A stretch of DNA of 64,000 nt from Thermodesulfobacteriota bacterium (GCA_965223335.1 OZ244991.1:1856001-1920000); one strand, 5' to 3'. Counted from the stretch's first letter, positions 20,532 to 29,826 are shown. The notes: generated from the letters alone by a model not told the origin. Made by a program: numbers and translations.

Positions 20532-21146
20532 GTGTTGACACTATTGGCAACGGGTTGTTTTACGAGCGGTGGTGATCAGGTTGTTCACGAGTTTACTGCG
20601 GATAGCACCGACGAGATAGTAGACAGCGGGGCTATCTCTTTGGACACTGAGACTTCTGTTGATGGTACTGCATCCATTCGTGTGCAGAGAGACGAGTCAG
20701 GCAAAGGGGTAATCGGCCTTTACCAAGTGGACGATGCAGAGATTAACAACTCGAGGCTAGTGTATATGGCCAAGATGAAAACCGAGGGTGTAGAGAACAT
20801 GGCTTATTTGAGGCTGCGTGTAGCTACGCAGAATGACGTAGAGCTTGTGTCTTACGGCCCTCCTATTCCGCTCTCGGGTGATAGCGAGTGGACCGAGGTT
20901 GCGACGGAGCTCTTTTTAGACAGGGGCAACAAAGCCCGGTCAATCGGCCTTGATCTCGTTATTGACGGAAAAGGGACTGTGTGGATCGACCAAGTGGGGC
21001 TCCTTAAAAAGCCGCTTAGATTGAACTATCTCTTTTGGGGACACATAGTGTTTTGGCTCATACTGCTAATCTACTTTATAATAATTATGAATAAGCATAA
21101 GGAGCTTGGCAAGAAAATTGAGGCCCTAAGTGGGTCAGTGAAATAA
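20532..21146 (+). CDS. Lipoprotein with a beta-sandwich (CBM-like) domain fused to a C-terminal CcmD-like helix
   Basis: Lipobox LATG-C, beta-rich domain ending GTVWIDQVGL, then LNYLFWGHIVFWLILLIYFIIIMNKHKELGKKIEAL. It occupies the ccmD position between ccmC and ccmE. The true start may be upstream (see findings). Confidence 0.7.
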   Translation: MLTLLATGCFTSGGDQVVHEFTADSTDEIVDSGAISLDTETSVDGTASIRVQRDESGKGVIGLYQVDDAEINNSRLVYMAKMKTEGVENMAYLRLRVATQNDVELVSYGPPIPLSGDSEWTEVATELFLDRGNKARSIGLDLVIDGKGTVWIDQVGLLKKPLRLNYLFWGHIVFWLILLIYFIIIMNKHKELGKKIEALSGSVK

Positions 21147-21175
21147 TACCGGTATAATTTTATCTGGGGGTATTA

Positions 21176-21589
21176 ATGCTTAAGGGAAAATTGAAATTCA
21201 TCATTGCTATCGGTGCGATAGTGCTTGCTGTAAGCTACCTCGTCTACGGGGGAGTTAAGGATACCAGTGTCTACTATCTCACTGTGGACGAACTCCACGA
21301 CAAACTGCCCTATATATATGACGACAGGGTCAGGGTGTCGGGCACCGTTGTAACGGGCTCTATAGAAAACAGGTCGGACGGTGCGTTGAAATTCCAAATC
21401 ACAGACGGCTTGAGCACAATTGATGTGAACTATAAAGGGGTTGTGCCCGATATATTTAATGACGGGGTCGAGGCTGTGGTAGAGGGCGAGTATAATAGGT
21501 CTAATGTGTTCCAGGCCGATATTCTTTTGGCTAAATGTCCCACTAAATACGAATCCGCGGACTCTCTTTACGAAAAGGAGAGTTCTTGA
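21176..21589 (+). CDS. ccmE: Heme chaperone CcmE, CxxxY variant
   Basis: N-terminal TM, VYYLTVDEL, VRVSGTV, YKGVVPDIF, LAKCPTKY. Confidence 0.96.
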   Translation: MLKGKLKFIIAIGAIVLAVSYLVYGGVKDTSVYYLTVDELHDKLPYIYDDRVRVSGTVVTGSIENRSDGALKFQITDGLSTIDVNYKGVVPDIFNDGVEAVVEGEYNRSNVFQADILLAKCPTKYESADSLYEKESS

Positions 21590-23598
21590 GTATGGTGGAA
21601 AGCGGTTTAATCTCCGTTTATTTGGCATTCATTGTTTGCATATATGTGATGGTTGCCTCGGTCGTCGGGGTTAGGAGCGGGCGGGCCGATCTCGTGCGCA
21701 GCGCAGAGAACGGGGCCATAGCCGTCTCTTTCCTCTTGATAATAGCGACCATAGCACTTGTTCATGCCCTTATAAACCTGGACTTTACCCTAAAATACGT
21801 TGCTCTTAACACGAGCACCGACCTGCCGATGATCTACAGGGTTACATCACTTTGGGCAGGTCAGTCGGGTTCTCTGTTGCTTTGGTGTCTGATTCTTTCC
21901 CTATATATGACACTTGTGGTCCTGGGCAGCAGGTATAAGTCGAGACAGTTAATACCTTACGTAATAGCGGTGTTGGCCGGTGTGTCTGCATTTTTTATAT
22001 TCATTATTGCGTTTGTAGAGAGTCCTTTCGAGAAACTGCCATTCATTCCCCAAGAGGGAAGGGGCCTTAACCCCATACTGCAAAACGGCTACATGGCCAT
22101 CCATCCCCTCACGCTTTATATAGGCTACGTGGGAGTGACGGTACCGTTTGCCTTTGCCATAGGAGCGCTGCTTAGCCGCAGGCTGGGTGACCAGTGGATT
22201 AGGTACTCGCGCAAGTGGACGCTTGTGGCCTGGACGTTTCTTAGCATAGGGCTTGTGCTGGGTGCAAGGTGGGCTTACCTTGAGCTTGGATGGGGCGGGT
22301 ACTGGGCCTGGGACCCGGTTGAGAACGCCGCGTTTATGCCCTGGCTTACCGCCACCGCGTTTTTACACTCGGTTATGATCCAGGAAAAAAAGGGTATGCT
22401 CAAGAAATGGAACCTGATTCTCATAATAATCACTTTTTTCTTAGCAATATTCGGCACATTTATTACGCGCAGTGGAATTCTATCTTCCGTCCACTCATTT
22501 GCGCAGTCAGATATAGGCCCCTTGTTCCTGGGCTTCATAGCATTCATACTGCTTTTCTCGTTCGGGCTCTTCTTGTATAGAATCCGGGAACTTGAGAGCG
22601 AGAATCAGTTCGATTCCATACTCTCGCGCGAGAGTGCATTTATATTTAACAACCTTTTATTCCTTGGGGCTGCGTTCGCGGTGTTCCTGGGCACTATCTT
22701 CCCTATACTCTCCGAGGCTCTCACGGGCGAAAAGATACTTGTGGGCCCGCCTTATTTTAACCGTGTCAATGTACCGATCGGTCTCGTTCTGATACTTCTT
22801 ATGGGAATAGGCCCCCTCATCTCATGGCGCAAGGCGTCTAGAGAGAACCTGGTTAAGAATTTTTTGCTGCCGTCTATTGCCGCTATTGCAACAGGGTTGG
22901 TCTTATTTGTTTTGGGAGTACGGGAACTAACGGCAGTGTTGTCTTTTGCGTTTTGTGCGTTTGTAACGGTGACCGTTCTTGCCGAGTTCACTCGTGGTGT
23001 GATCGTACGGAGCCGCAGGGGTGAGAACCCTGCACTCGCATTCGGGCGACTTGTATCTAGAAACCGCAGGCGCTACGGGGGTTACATTGTCCACATAGGT
23101 GTAGTGCTGATGGTCATAGGCATCACAGCATCGTCTGTATTCGTCACACAGACCGAGGCTACGCTTAACAAAGGGGAATCTGTTTCAATCAGGGACTACA
23201 GGCTCGAGTACGAGGGCCTAACACAGTACACCAACGAGGCAAAAAACGGTACAACTGCGAACCTGGTGCTGTATAAAAACGGGGAGGCTGTGGACACGCT
23301 GAAACCCGAAAAAAATATATATAAGTACGAGGGCAACCGAGAGATTAATCAGGAGACCGAGGTGGCGCTTAGGTCCACTATTACCGATGACCTCTACGTT
23401 ATACTCACAGGTTTTGGTGATGGGGGCAGTGCATCTTTTCGTGTGCTTATAAACCCGATGGTAAGCTGGATTTGGGCCGGTGCTCTTGTGCTTTTGCTGG
23501 GTGCAGTGATTGCCATGTTTCCCACCTTTAGTAAAACTACCGAGAGAGCATTTGTCAGGTACAATGTGGGGTCTCGGGATAGATCGGTGAATGTGTAG
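21586..23598 (+). CDS. ccmF: Cytochrome c heme lyase CcmF
   Basis: WAGQSGSLLLW, GRGLNPILQ..IHP, WAYLELGWGGYWAWDPVENA, TRSGILSSVHSFA, YGGYIVHIG. Confidence 0.97.
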   Translation: MSMVESGLISVYLAFIVCIYVMVASVVGVRSGRADLVRSAENGAIAVSFLLIIATIALVHALINLDFTLKYVALNTSTDLPMIYRVTSLWAGQSGSLLLWCLILSLYMTLVVLGSRYKSRQLIPYVIAVLAGVSAFFIFIIAFVESPFEKLPFIPQEGRGLNPILQNGYMAIHPLTLYIGYVGVTVPFAFAIGALLSRRLGDQWIRYSRKWTLVAWTFLSIGLVLGARWAYLELGWGGYWAWDPVENAAFMPWLTATAFLHSVMIQEKKGMLKKWNLILIIITFFLAIFGTFITRSGILSSVHSFAQSDIGPLFLGFIAFILLFSFGLFLYRIRELESENQFDSILSRESAFIFNNLLFLGAAFAVFLGTIFPILSEALTGEKILVGPPYFNRVNVPIGLVLILLMGIGPLISWRKASRENLVKNFLLPSIAAIATGLVLFVLGVRELTAVLSFAFCAFVTVTVLAEFTRGVIVRSRRGENPALAFGRLVSRNRRRYGGYIVHIGVVLMVIGITASSVFVTQTEATLNKGESVSIRDYRLEYEGLTQYTNEAKNGTTANLVLYKNGEAVDTLKPEKNIYKYEGNREINQETEVALRSTITDDLYVILTGFGDGGSASFRVLINPMVSWIWAGALVLLLGAVIAMFPTFSKTTERAFVRYNVGSRDRSVNV

Positions 23599-23645
23599 TA
23601 TCAACCTATAAGTTCCTAGGTCATCTCGCGGGTAATCATAAACAA

Positions 23646-24146
23646 ATGGGAAATATAATAGCGATAGTTATAGCACTACTTGTGTCTGGGTTTGTCGTAT
23701 ACCCGATCATAGTCAAAAGAAGATCCGAGCCTTTGGTCCCGGGTGCTGAAAACAGTGGTGCCCAAGAAGACTTGGAACTGTTAGAGACACAAAAAGAGAG
23801 CCTCTACGCTGCAATTAAAGAGATAGAGTTTGATCATGGTCTCGGGAAACTCTCTACCAAGGACTATAACGAGTTAAACCAAAAGTATAAATCCCAGGCC
23901 GCAGCGCTCTTAAAAAAGATCGATGCCGTAATAAACGAGGTTGAGTCAGACGAGTTGGGCAAAGAGTTGGAGCGAGAGATTACCGGCACCGAGGATCCTA
24001 GTATATCTGAGAACACTGGACCTAGTGGAAAAGAGAGCGTTTCTGCTCCTAGCACCGAGAGCAGTCGTAACTGTTATAATTGCGGTAGGGATTATAGTGC
24101 CGAGGATAAGTTCTGCTCAGGTTGCGGTGTGATGTTGCAGTCGTAG
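23646..24146 (+). CDS. CcmI-N-terminal-like membrane protein with a C-terminal zinc ribbon
   Basis: N-terminal TM, KESLYAAIKEIEFDHGLGKLSTKDYNEL helix motif, C-terminal CYNCG-x9-CSGCG; follows ccmF. Confidence 0.7.
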   Translation: MGNIIAIVIALLVSGFVVYPIIVKRRSEPLVPGAENSGAQEDLELLETQKESLYAAIKEIEFDHGLGKLSTKDYNELNQKYKSQAAALLKKIDAVINEVESDELGKELEREITGTEDPSISENTGPSGKESVSAPSTESSRNCYNCGRDYSAEDKFCSGCGVMLQS

Positions 24147-24171
24147 GCGCTATGCTAAACCCTATATACAA

Positions 24172-25608
24172 ATGATTAGAAACACTCTTATAATAGCGGT
24201 CTTTACAGTCCAAAGCCTCATATGCTTAAGCGCAGGTGCGCAAGATACTACACCGCAGGGCAAGCAACTCTTTATATCTAACCGTTGTGATAGGTGTCAT
24301 ACTATCGGCAGGGGCAGGTTTGTGGGCCCTGATCTATTTGGGGTCGGCAATAGGTACACGAAGGAACAGATAGTTAATTGGATCACCGATCCCCAGGGTG
24401 TCTATCAAACACTGGGCAAGATGCCGGTTAACCAAGGGTACCCGCCCATGCCGCCTACGAATGTTGACCCCGGTACTGCAAATGAGATAGCCGGGTATTT
24501 ACTATCACTCAATGCTCCTCCCGAGAACACCGAAAGCGGTGTAATTAAGGGGACGGTAATAAACAAAACAACAGGTAGTGCCGAGAAAGATATAGAGATT
24601 CTGTTGACCTCCTACATGGGTGACAATGCTCAAGAACAGTTCCGGTCCCGCTCTGCTGATGACGGCGGGTTTGAGTTCGAGGGCCTGGCTTGGGATCGCA
24701 GCTATGCCATAACGATCAATTACGAGGGAGCGGAATATGTGACCGATAAGATGGTGTTCGAGCCTTACCAAGACTCGATATCTATGGACCTGCCTATTTA
24801 TGAGCCTACAACCGATGAAAATAGGATAGTGCTTAGAGAAGCTCATATGATAGTGCGTGTAGAGGATAAAGCCATATCTGTTGCCGATATTGCATTAATT
24901 GAAAACACGGGGGGCAATATATATGTGGGGAGCAAAACGCTTGAGGACGGCCGCAAGGAAACACTTAGGTTCAGTCTCCCGGATAATGCAGCTGATCTCA
25001 AAATAATACATGGCTTAAGTAATGACAGTATTGTAAAGACCGATACCGGTTTTTCGGACACGGCTAGTGTGTTGCCGGGACAAAGAAGAGTTGTTTACTC
25101 GTACTTAGTTCCCGACGACGGCGGGAATTGGGAGTTTAATAGAGTACTCAACTACGGCGCGGATAAATTTATGCTCCTGGTGTCGGACGATAAAGCTGAA
25201 TTAGATGTAATTGGGCTTACTAAATTAGAAAACGTAACGATTGAAAACGAGAACTACTCCAGGTGGTCAGGGGAGAATCTGGCCCCCGGGCATGTGATTG
25301 AGCTCACAGTTGGCAGCAATGCGGGTTCGGGGAAGTTCTTAAGAGCGCTTTCGCTTGGGATAGCGATATTTGTGTTGGCCTCAGGTTTTATCTACACAAT
25401 TTTTAATAGGAAAGACGCCGGATCGCGAAGGGGTGTTGATCATTTGGAGAGCATAAATACAGAGAAAAAAGATCTGATAGATGAGATTGTTAAACTGGAT
25501 AAGGCCTATTCAAACAGCGAAATCAACAAGAATGATTACAGGCTGATTAGGTCCAAGATTAAGCAGAGACTCATCCGGCTGGAAGCGTCGATTAGGTCCG
25601 GTTCTTGA
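24172..25608 (+). CDS. Membrane-anchored monoheme cytochrome c fused to carboxypeptidase-regulatory-like/beta-sandwich domains
   Basis: Signal peptide, CDRCH heme motif, GPDL, candidate axial Met in MPP, GVIKGTVINKTTG beta domain, C-terminal TM, and cytoplasmic KKDLIDEIVKLDKAY..EI..NDY helix. Confidence 0.8.
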   Translation: MIRNTLIIAVFTVQSLICLSAGAQDTTPQGKQLFISNRCDRCHTIGRGRFVGPDLFGVGNRYTKEQIVNWITDPQGVYQTLGKMPVNQGYPPMPPTNVDPGTANEIAGYLLSLNAPPENTESGVIKGTVINKTTGSAEKDIEILLTSYMGDNAQEQFRSRSADDGGFEFEGLAWDRSYAITINYEGAEYVTDKMVFEPYQDSISMDLPIYEPTTDENRIVLREAHMIVRVEDKAISVADIALIENTGGNIYVGSKTLEDGRKETLRFSLPDNAADLKIIHGLSNDSIVKTDTGFSDTASVLPGQRRVVYSYLVPDDGGNWEFNRVLNYGADKFMLLVSDDKAELDVIGLTKLENVTIENENYSRWSGENLAPGHVIELTVGSNAGSGKFLRALSLGIAIFVLASGFIYTIFNRKDAGSRRGVDHLESINTEKKDLIDEIVKLDKAYSNSEINKNDYRLIRSKIKQRLIRLEASIRSGS

Positions 25609-25610
25609 TC

Positions 25611-26333
25611 TCATATGTCACCGAAGTGGTGTTGTAGGATCGAGAGTGTTACGAGACTTGCAGTCTCGGTTCTTAAGATCCTGGGACCGAGACCCAGTGC
25701 TGTAAAACCGTTATTTACAGCTAAATCTATCTCATTTTTAGAAAATCCACCCTCAGGGCCTATGAATATTGCAATAGCTTTGGTTTCTTGCGAATAATTC
25801 CTCAGATAGTCTTTTAACAATACATCATAGCCTTCATAAAGTATTACTTGTAACACCCCGTCATTAATGCTTTCTGTTGCATCATTGAAATCTGTGATCT
25901 CCGCAACTTCAGGTGGATTAGTTCTTCTGCACTGTTTAGAGCTTTCCGTTACTATCCGCTTCCATCTTTTAACTTTTTTGGTGTCTTTAATCTGCGACCT
26001 TTCTGTTACAACAGGCACGATCTTTTTAACTCCAAGCTCGGTGGCTTTCTCTACTATCAGGTCCATCTTGCTGCCCTTAGCAAGGCCTTGATAAAGTGTT
26101 ATATCAATAGGGGATTCGGTGCTGACTAGCTTTTTGCTTTTTATCTCGACTACAAGCTGTTTACTCTCTACATCTGTAATTACACCGTTGTATTCGTAGG
26201 AATCGGGGCTAAATAGGATTATGCTGTCACCCTCGTTTAGTCTTAGAACCTTGACTATATGTTTGAAGTCGTTGCCCGATATTACTACCTTCGAGTCTTG
26301 AATTTGTTCTTGATCAATAGGTATGCGGACCAT
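25611..26333 (-). CDS. rsmE: 16S rRNA m3U1498 methyltransferase
   Basis: HIVKVLRL, KMDLIVEKATELGV, IGPEGGFS, LGPRILRTETA. Confidence 0.97.
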   Translation of the reverse strand: MVRIPIDQEQIQDSKVVISGNDFKHIVKVLRLNEGDSIILFSPDSYEYNGVITDVESKQLVVEIKSKKLVSTESPIDITLYQGLAKGSKMDLIVEKATELGVKKIVPVVTERSQIKDTKKVKRWKRIVTESSKQCRRTNPPEVAEITDFNDATESINDGVLQVILYEGYDVLLKDYLRNYSQETKAIAIFIGPEGGFSKNEIDLAVNNGFTALGLGPRILRTETASLVTLSILQHHFGDI

Positions 26334-26358
26334 ATCAAATTGGTGCTAATAGCACATC

Positions 26359-27900
26359 TCATCTCTTTCTGCGTTTCTTAACCTTACCGTATAATCTCAC
26401 TATATCGTGGGTAAGGTTTTGAATGGTGTGTTTTTTGGATGCTATCTTGGGGTTAAAACCGAGTTCACGAACTGTGGCTGCGGTAATGGGACCTATGCAT
26501 GCGATGTCTATTTCTTTTAAGAGTTTTTTATCCCTACCCAGAAGCTCGATGAAATTCCTTGTGGTGGATGAGCTAGCGAATGTAACACAATCAATACCTT
26601 TATCTCTAAACATTTTCTTAAGCTCGGCTACCTTGCTCTTATTTGGTTTTTTGGCTTCGTAAAAGCTTACTACGTCTACCTTCGCACCCATCTCGCGCAG
26701 TTTTACGGGCAGTATCTCGCGTGCCTCTTTTGCGCGGGGTATAAGGATCTTCTGGTTGCTGAGATCGATTTTAGCGAATATATCAATTAGGCCTTCGGCC
26801 CTGTAATCCTTGGGCACGGCATCGACACTTAATCTATATTTATGGGTTGTTTCTGCGGTTTTTTCACCTATGCATGCGATTTGTATCCCGTGCAGTTCTC
26901 TTATATCTCTTCCGAGTTCTCTAAATCGATTAAAGAACGATCTAACACCATTTGTACTTGTGAAAATTAGCCAGTTGTAGGATTCTAGGTTTCGAATAGC
27001 CTTATCGGCACTATTCCAACTTCGGGGTGGGATAATATCTATAGCAGGGAATTCTATTACATTGGCACCCTGCTCAGTCAATAAATCAGCAAACTCACCT
27101 GCCTGCTCCTTCGCACGAGTAACTACGATCGTTTTTCCAAAAAGTGGTTTAGTTTCGTACCAGTTTGCAATATCCCTTAGCCCTACAACATCGCCCACTA
27201 CTACTATAGCCGGGGACGCCGTGATCTTGGACTGTTTTACAAGGTCGGCAATCGTGTTGACTGTGCCCGTAACGGTATTTTGGTTAGGCAGTGTTCCCCA
27301 GGATATAACGGCTGCGGGAGTATCAGGGTTTTTACCGGCATCCATAAGTTTATTCATGTTTAGTCTTAGGTTTCTATAGCCCATTAGCAGCACCAATGTG
27401 CCGATTTGAGCCAGTGAGTCCCATGCAATTTTAGAAGATGTTTTGTCGGGGGTTTCGTGGCCGGTTACCACCGCAAAGGATGAAGCTAGGTCCCGGTGTG
27501 TTAACGGTATACCGGCATATGCGGGTACAGCCGATATGGATGAAACCCCGGGCACAATCTCCACAGAGATCCCTGCCCCTGACAGTGCCTCTATCTCCTC
27601 ACCCCCGCGACCGAACACAAAGGGGTCGCCCCCCTTTAACCGAGCCACTGTTTTACCTGTCTTGGAGTGTTTGATAAGGAGTTTATTTATCTTGTACTGT
27701 GTCATTTCCTTCACACCGGCTTTTTTACCCACATAGATTATTTCTGATTGTGGGTGTGCCCAATCTAGGATCTTGGGATTCACAAGGTAATCGTAGATAA
27801 TCACCTCGCTTTGGGATAAGAGTTCTTTAGCTCTGACTGTGAGTAGGCCCGGATCGCCGGGGCCTGCTCCTATTAGGTATACTGTGCCGGGACGTTTCAT
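26359..27900 (-). CDS. cobA: Fused uroporphyrinogen-III C-methyltransferase / uroporphyrinogen-III synthase (CobA-HemD)
   Basis: VYLIGAGPGDPGLLT, RLKGGDPFVFGRGGEE, then PLFGKTIVVTRA, FTSTNGV, FASSST. ATG 27900 preferred over 27927. Confidence 0.96.
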   Translation of the reverse strand: MKRPGTVYLIGAGPGDPGLLTVRAKELLSQSEVIIYDYLVNPKILDWAHPQSEIIYVGKKAGVKEMTQYKINKLLIKHSKTGKTVARLKGGDPFVFGRGGEEIEALSGAGISVEIVPGVSSISAVPAYAGIPLTHRDLASSFAVVTGHETPDKTSSKIAWDSLAQIGTLVLLMGYRNLRLNMNKLMDAGKNPDTPAAVISWGTLPNQNTVTGTVNTIADLVKQSKITASPAIVVVGDVVGLRDIANWYETKPLFGKTIVVTRAKEQAGEFADLLTEQGANVIEFPAIDIIPPRSWNSADKAIRNLESYNWLIFTSTNGVRSFFNRFRELGRDIRELHGIQIACIGEKTAETTHKYRLSVDAVPKDYRAEGLIDIFAKIDLSNQKILIPRAKEAREILPVKLREMGAKVDVVSFYEAKKPNKSKVAELKKMFRDKGIDCVTFASSSTTRNFIELLGRDKKLLKEIDIACIGPITAATVRELGFNPKIASKKHTIQNLTHDIVRLYGKVKKRRKR

Positions 27901-28181
27901 CTGGATGGATAAATGAAACCGAAGCACCCGGGGATTGTCAAGATAAAAGGGTGGTGGAATAGCTTTAACATAGAAGCATCTTAGTTGAAATTACTGCATC
28001 TAATCAATTTTCTAGTCTTTTCAAACTGCAGATTTAATGGTATGAATAATCGGCTACGGCTTCAAACTAGCTGTTTATTGAGTATATTTAATTGTATAAA
28101 TAGGCATTAGAATTATAATCTATTGATATCGTATAAATTGCAGATTTCAGTTTCTAGGGCTGAACAGAAAAGGAGTAATTA

Positions 28182-28565
28182 ATGGAAGCGACTGAGTACG
28201 AATACGTATTGGATCACTTTAAACATCCACGCAACTACGGCACCATAGATGACCCGGATACAACTTGCGAAGAAGGGATACCGTCGTGTGGCGACTTGAT
28301 TAGGTTGGATATTAACATTGCCGACGGCCGTGTAGATGAGGTGAAGTTCTCGGGTAAGGGTTGTGCTGTGAGTCAGGCCGCGGCATCGATTCTGACCGAG
28401 ATGGTCTTGGATAAAAAGGTAGACGAGTGTCGTATGATGACAGACGAAGAAATGCTCGAATCCCTGGGGGCAAAAGTCTCGCCGATCCGGTTTAAGTGCG
28501 CATTACTGGCACTACACGTTTTAAGAAAAGCTCTGAATAAAATTGCCGATGCATCATCTAAATAA
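28182..28565 (+). CDS. sufU: Fe-S scaffold / sulfur-transfer protein, SufU/IscU family
   Basis: LDHFKHPRNYG, SCGD, GCAVSQAAAS, RFKCA; no LPPVK motif; AAGGAG RBS. Confidence 0.88.
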   Translation: MEATEYEYVLDHFKHPRNYGTIDDPDTTCEEGIPSCGDLIRLDINIADGRVDEVKFSGKGCAVSQAAASILTEMVLDKKVDECRMMTDEEMLESLGAKVSPIRFKCALLALHVLRKALNKIADASSK

Positions 28566-28576
28566 GGTCTAAACTT

Positions 28577-29824
28577 GTGGAGAGGTTAACCAAAGACTTA
28601 TCAGATTTTGACCCGATTGCAATAAGAGAAGATTTCCCCGTACTTAAACGCGAGATCAAGGGTAAACCCCTCGTCTATCTAGATAACGCTGCAACCAGCC
28701 AAAAACCGAGCTCCGTTATAGATGCTGTTAGCGACTATTACAAGAAGCATAACGCCAATATCCATAGAGCCGTACATACGCTCAGTTACGAATCCACTGT
28801 CCAATATGAGGAAGCCCACCAAAAGGTGGCAGACTTTATAGGGGCTGGGGACTGGCACCAGATAATTTTTACACGCAACGCCACAGAGTCTATTAACCTC
28901 GTTGCCTATGGGTGGGGATTAAAGAACTTAAATGAAGGTGATGAGGTGCTTATCACCATAATGGAGCACCACTCGAACATAGTGCCCTGGCAAATGCTAA
29001 AGGAGCGTAAGGGCATAGTGCTTCGCTATGTGGATGTGGGGGAGGACTCGAAACTGGATTTAGATAGTGTGCCGGCTCTAATCAATGAAAAAACTAAACT
29101 CGTGTGTGTGAATCACGCCTCAAATGTGCTGGGTGTTGTAAACCCGGTAAAAGAGATTGCCCGATATGCAAAAGAGGCGGGGGCCATGGTGCTTGTAGAT
29201 GCCGCGCAGTCTATCCCGCACCTGCCGATTGATATTAAAGAGCTTGGGTGCGATTTTTTGGCAGCGTCGGGCCATAAAATGCTGGGGCCTACAGGGATAG
29301 GGTTTTTATATGCTTCGGAGGATACTCTTGAGCAGATGGACCCGTTTATGTACGGCGGGGATATGATAGAGAAGGTAACAATGGAGTACTCAACATGGAA
29401 CGAGTTGCCGTGGAAATTTGAGGCGGGAACACCTAACATTGCCGGGGGGATAGGATTGGGTGCAGCTGTAGATTACCTTAATCAGATAGGGCCCGAGTAC
29501 ATAAAGGCGCACGAGGAGTATCTGTTGGATTACGCGTTGGAGAAGCTCGAAGCTATCCCTTGGATTACTCTTTATACTCCACACGAAGGGGATAGGGTGG
29601 GTGTGTGTTCGTTTAATGTGGAGGGTGTGCATCCCCACGACGTAGCCGGGGTTTTGGATGATGAGGGTATTGCGGTTAGGTCGGGGCATCACTGTGCACA
29701 GCCGCTTATGCACCGCCTGGGTATGGACTTTGGAGTGAGGGCGAGTTTCTATCTATACAACACCACTCAAGAAATAGATAAGTTTGTGGAAGCTCTCCAT
29801 AAATCTAAGAAGATATTCGGCTGA
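28577..29824 (+). CDS. sufS: Cysteine desulfurase, group II
   Basis: YLDNAATSQKP, MEHHSNIVPWQ, SGHKMLGPTGIG (PLP Lys), RSGHHCAQP. Confidence 0.96.
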   Translation: MERLTKDLSDFDPIAIREDFPVLKREIKGKPLVYLDNAATSQKPSSVIDAVSDYYKKHNANIHRAVHTLSYESTVQYEEAHQKVADFIGAGDWHQIIFTRNATESINLVAYGWGLKNLNEGDEVLITIMEHHSNIVPWQMLKERKGIVLRYVDVGEDSKLDLDSVPALINEKTKLVCVNHASNVLGVVNPVKEIARYAKEAGAMVLVDAAQSIPHLPIDIKELGCDFLAASGHKMLGPTGIGFLYASEDTLEQMDPFMYGGDMIEKVTMEYSTWNELPWKFEAGTPNIAGGIGLGAAVDYLNQIGPEYIKAHEEYLLDYALEKLEAIPWITLYTPHEGDRVGVCSFNVEGVHPHDVAGVLDDEGIAVRSGHHCAQPLMHRLGMDFGVRASFYLYNTTQEIDKFVEALHKSKKIFG

Positions 29825-29826
29825 GT

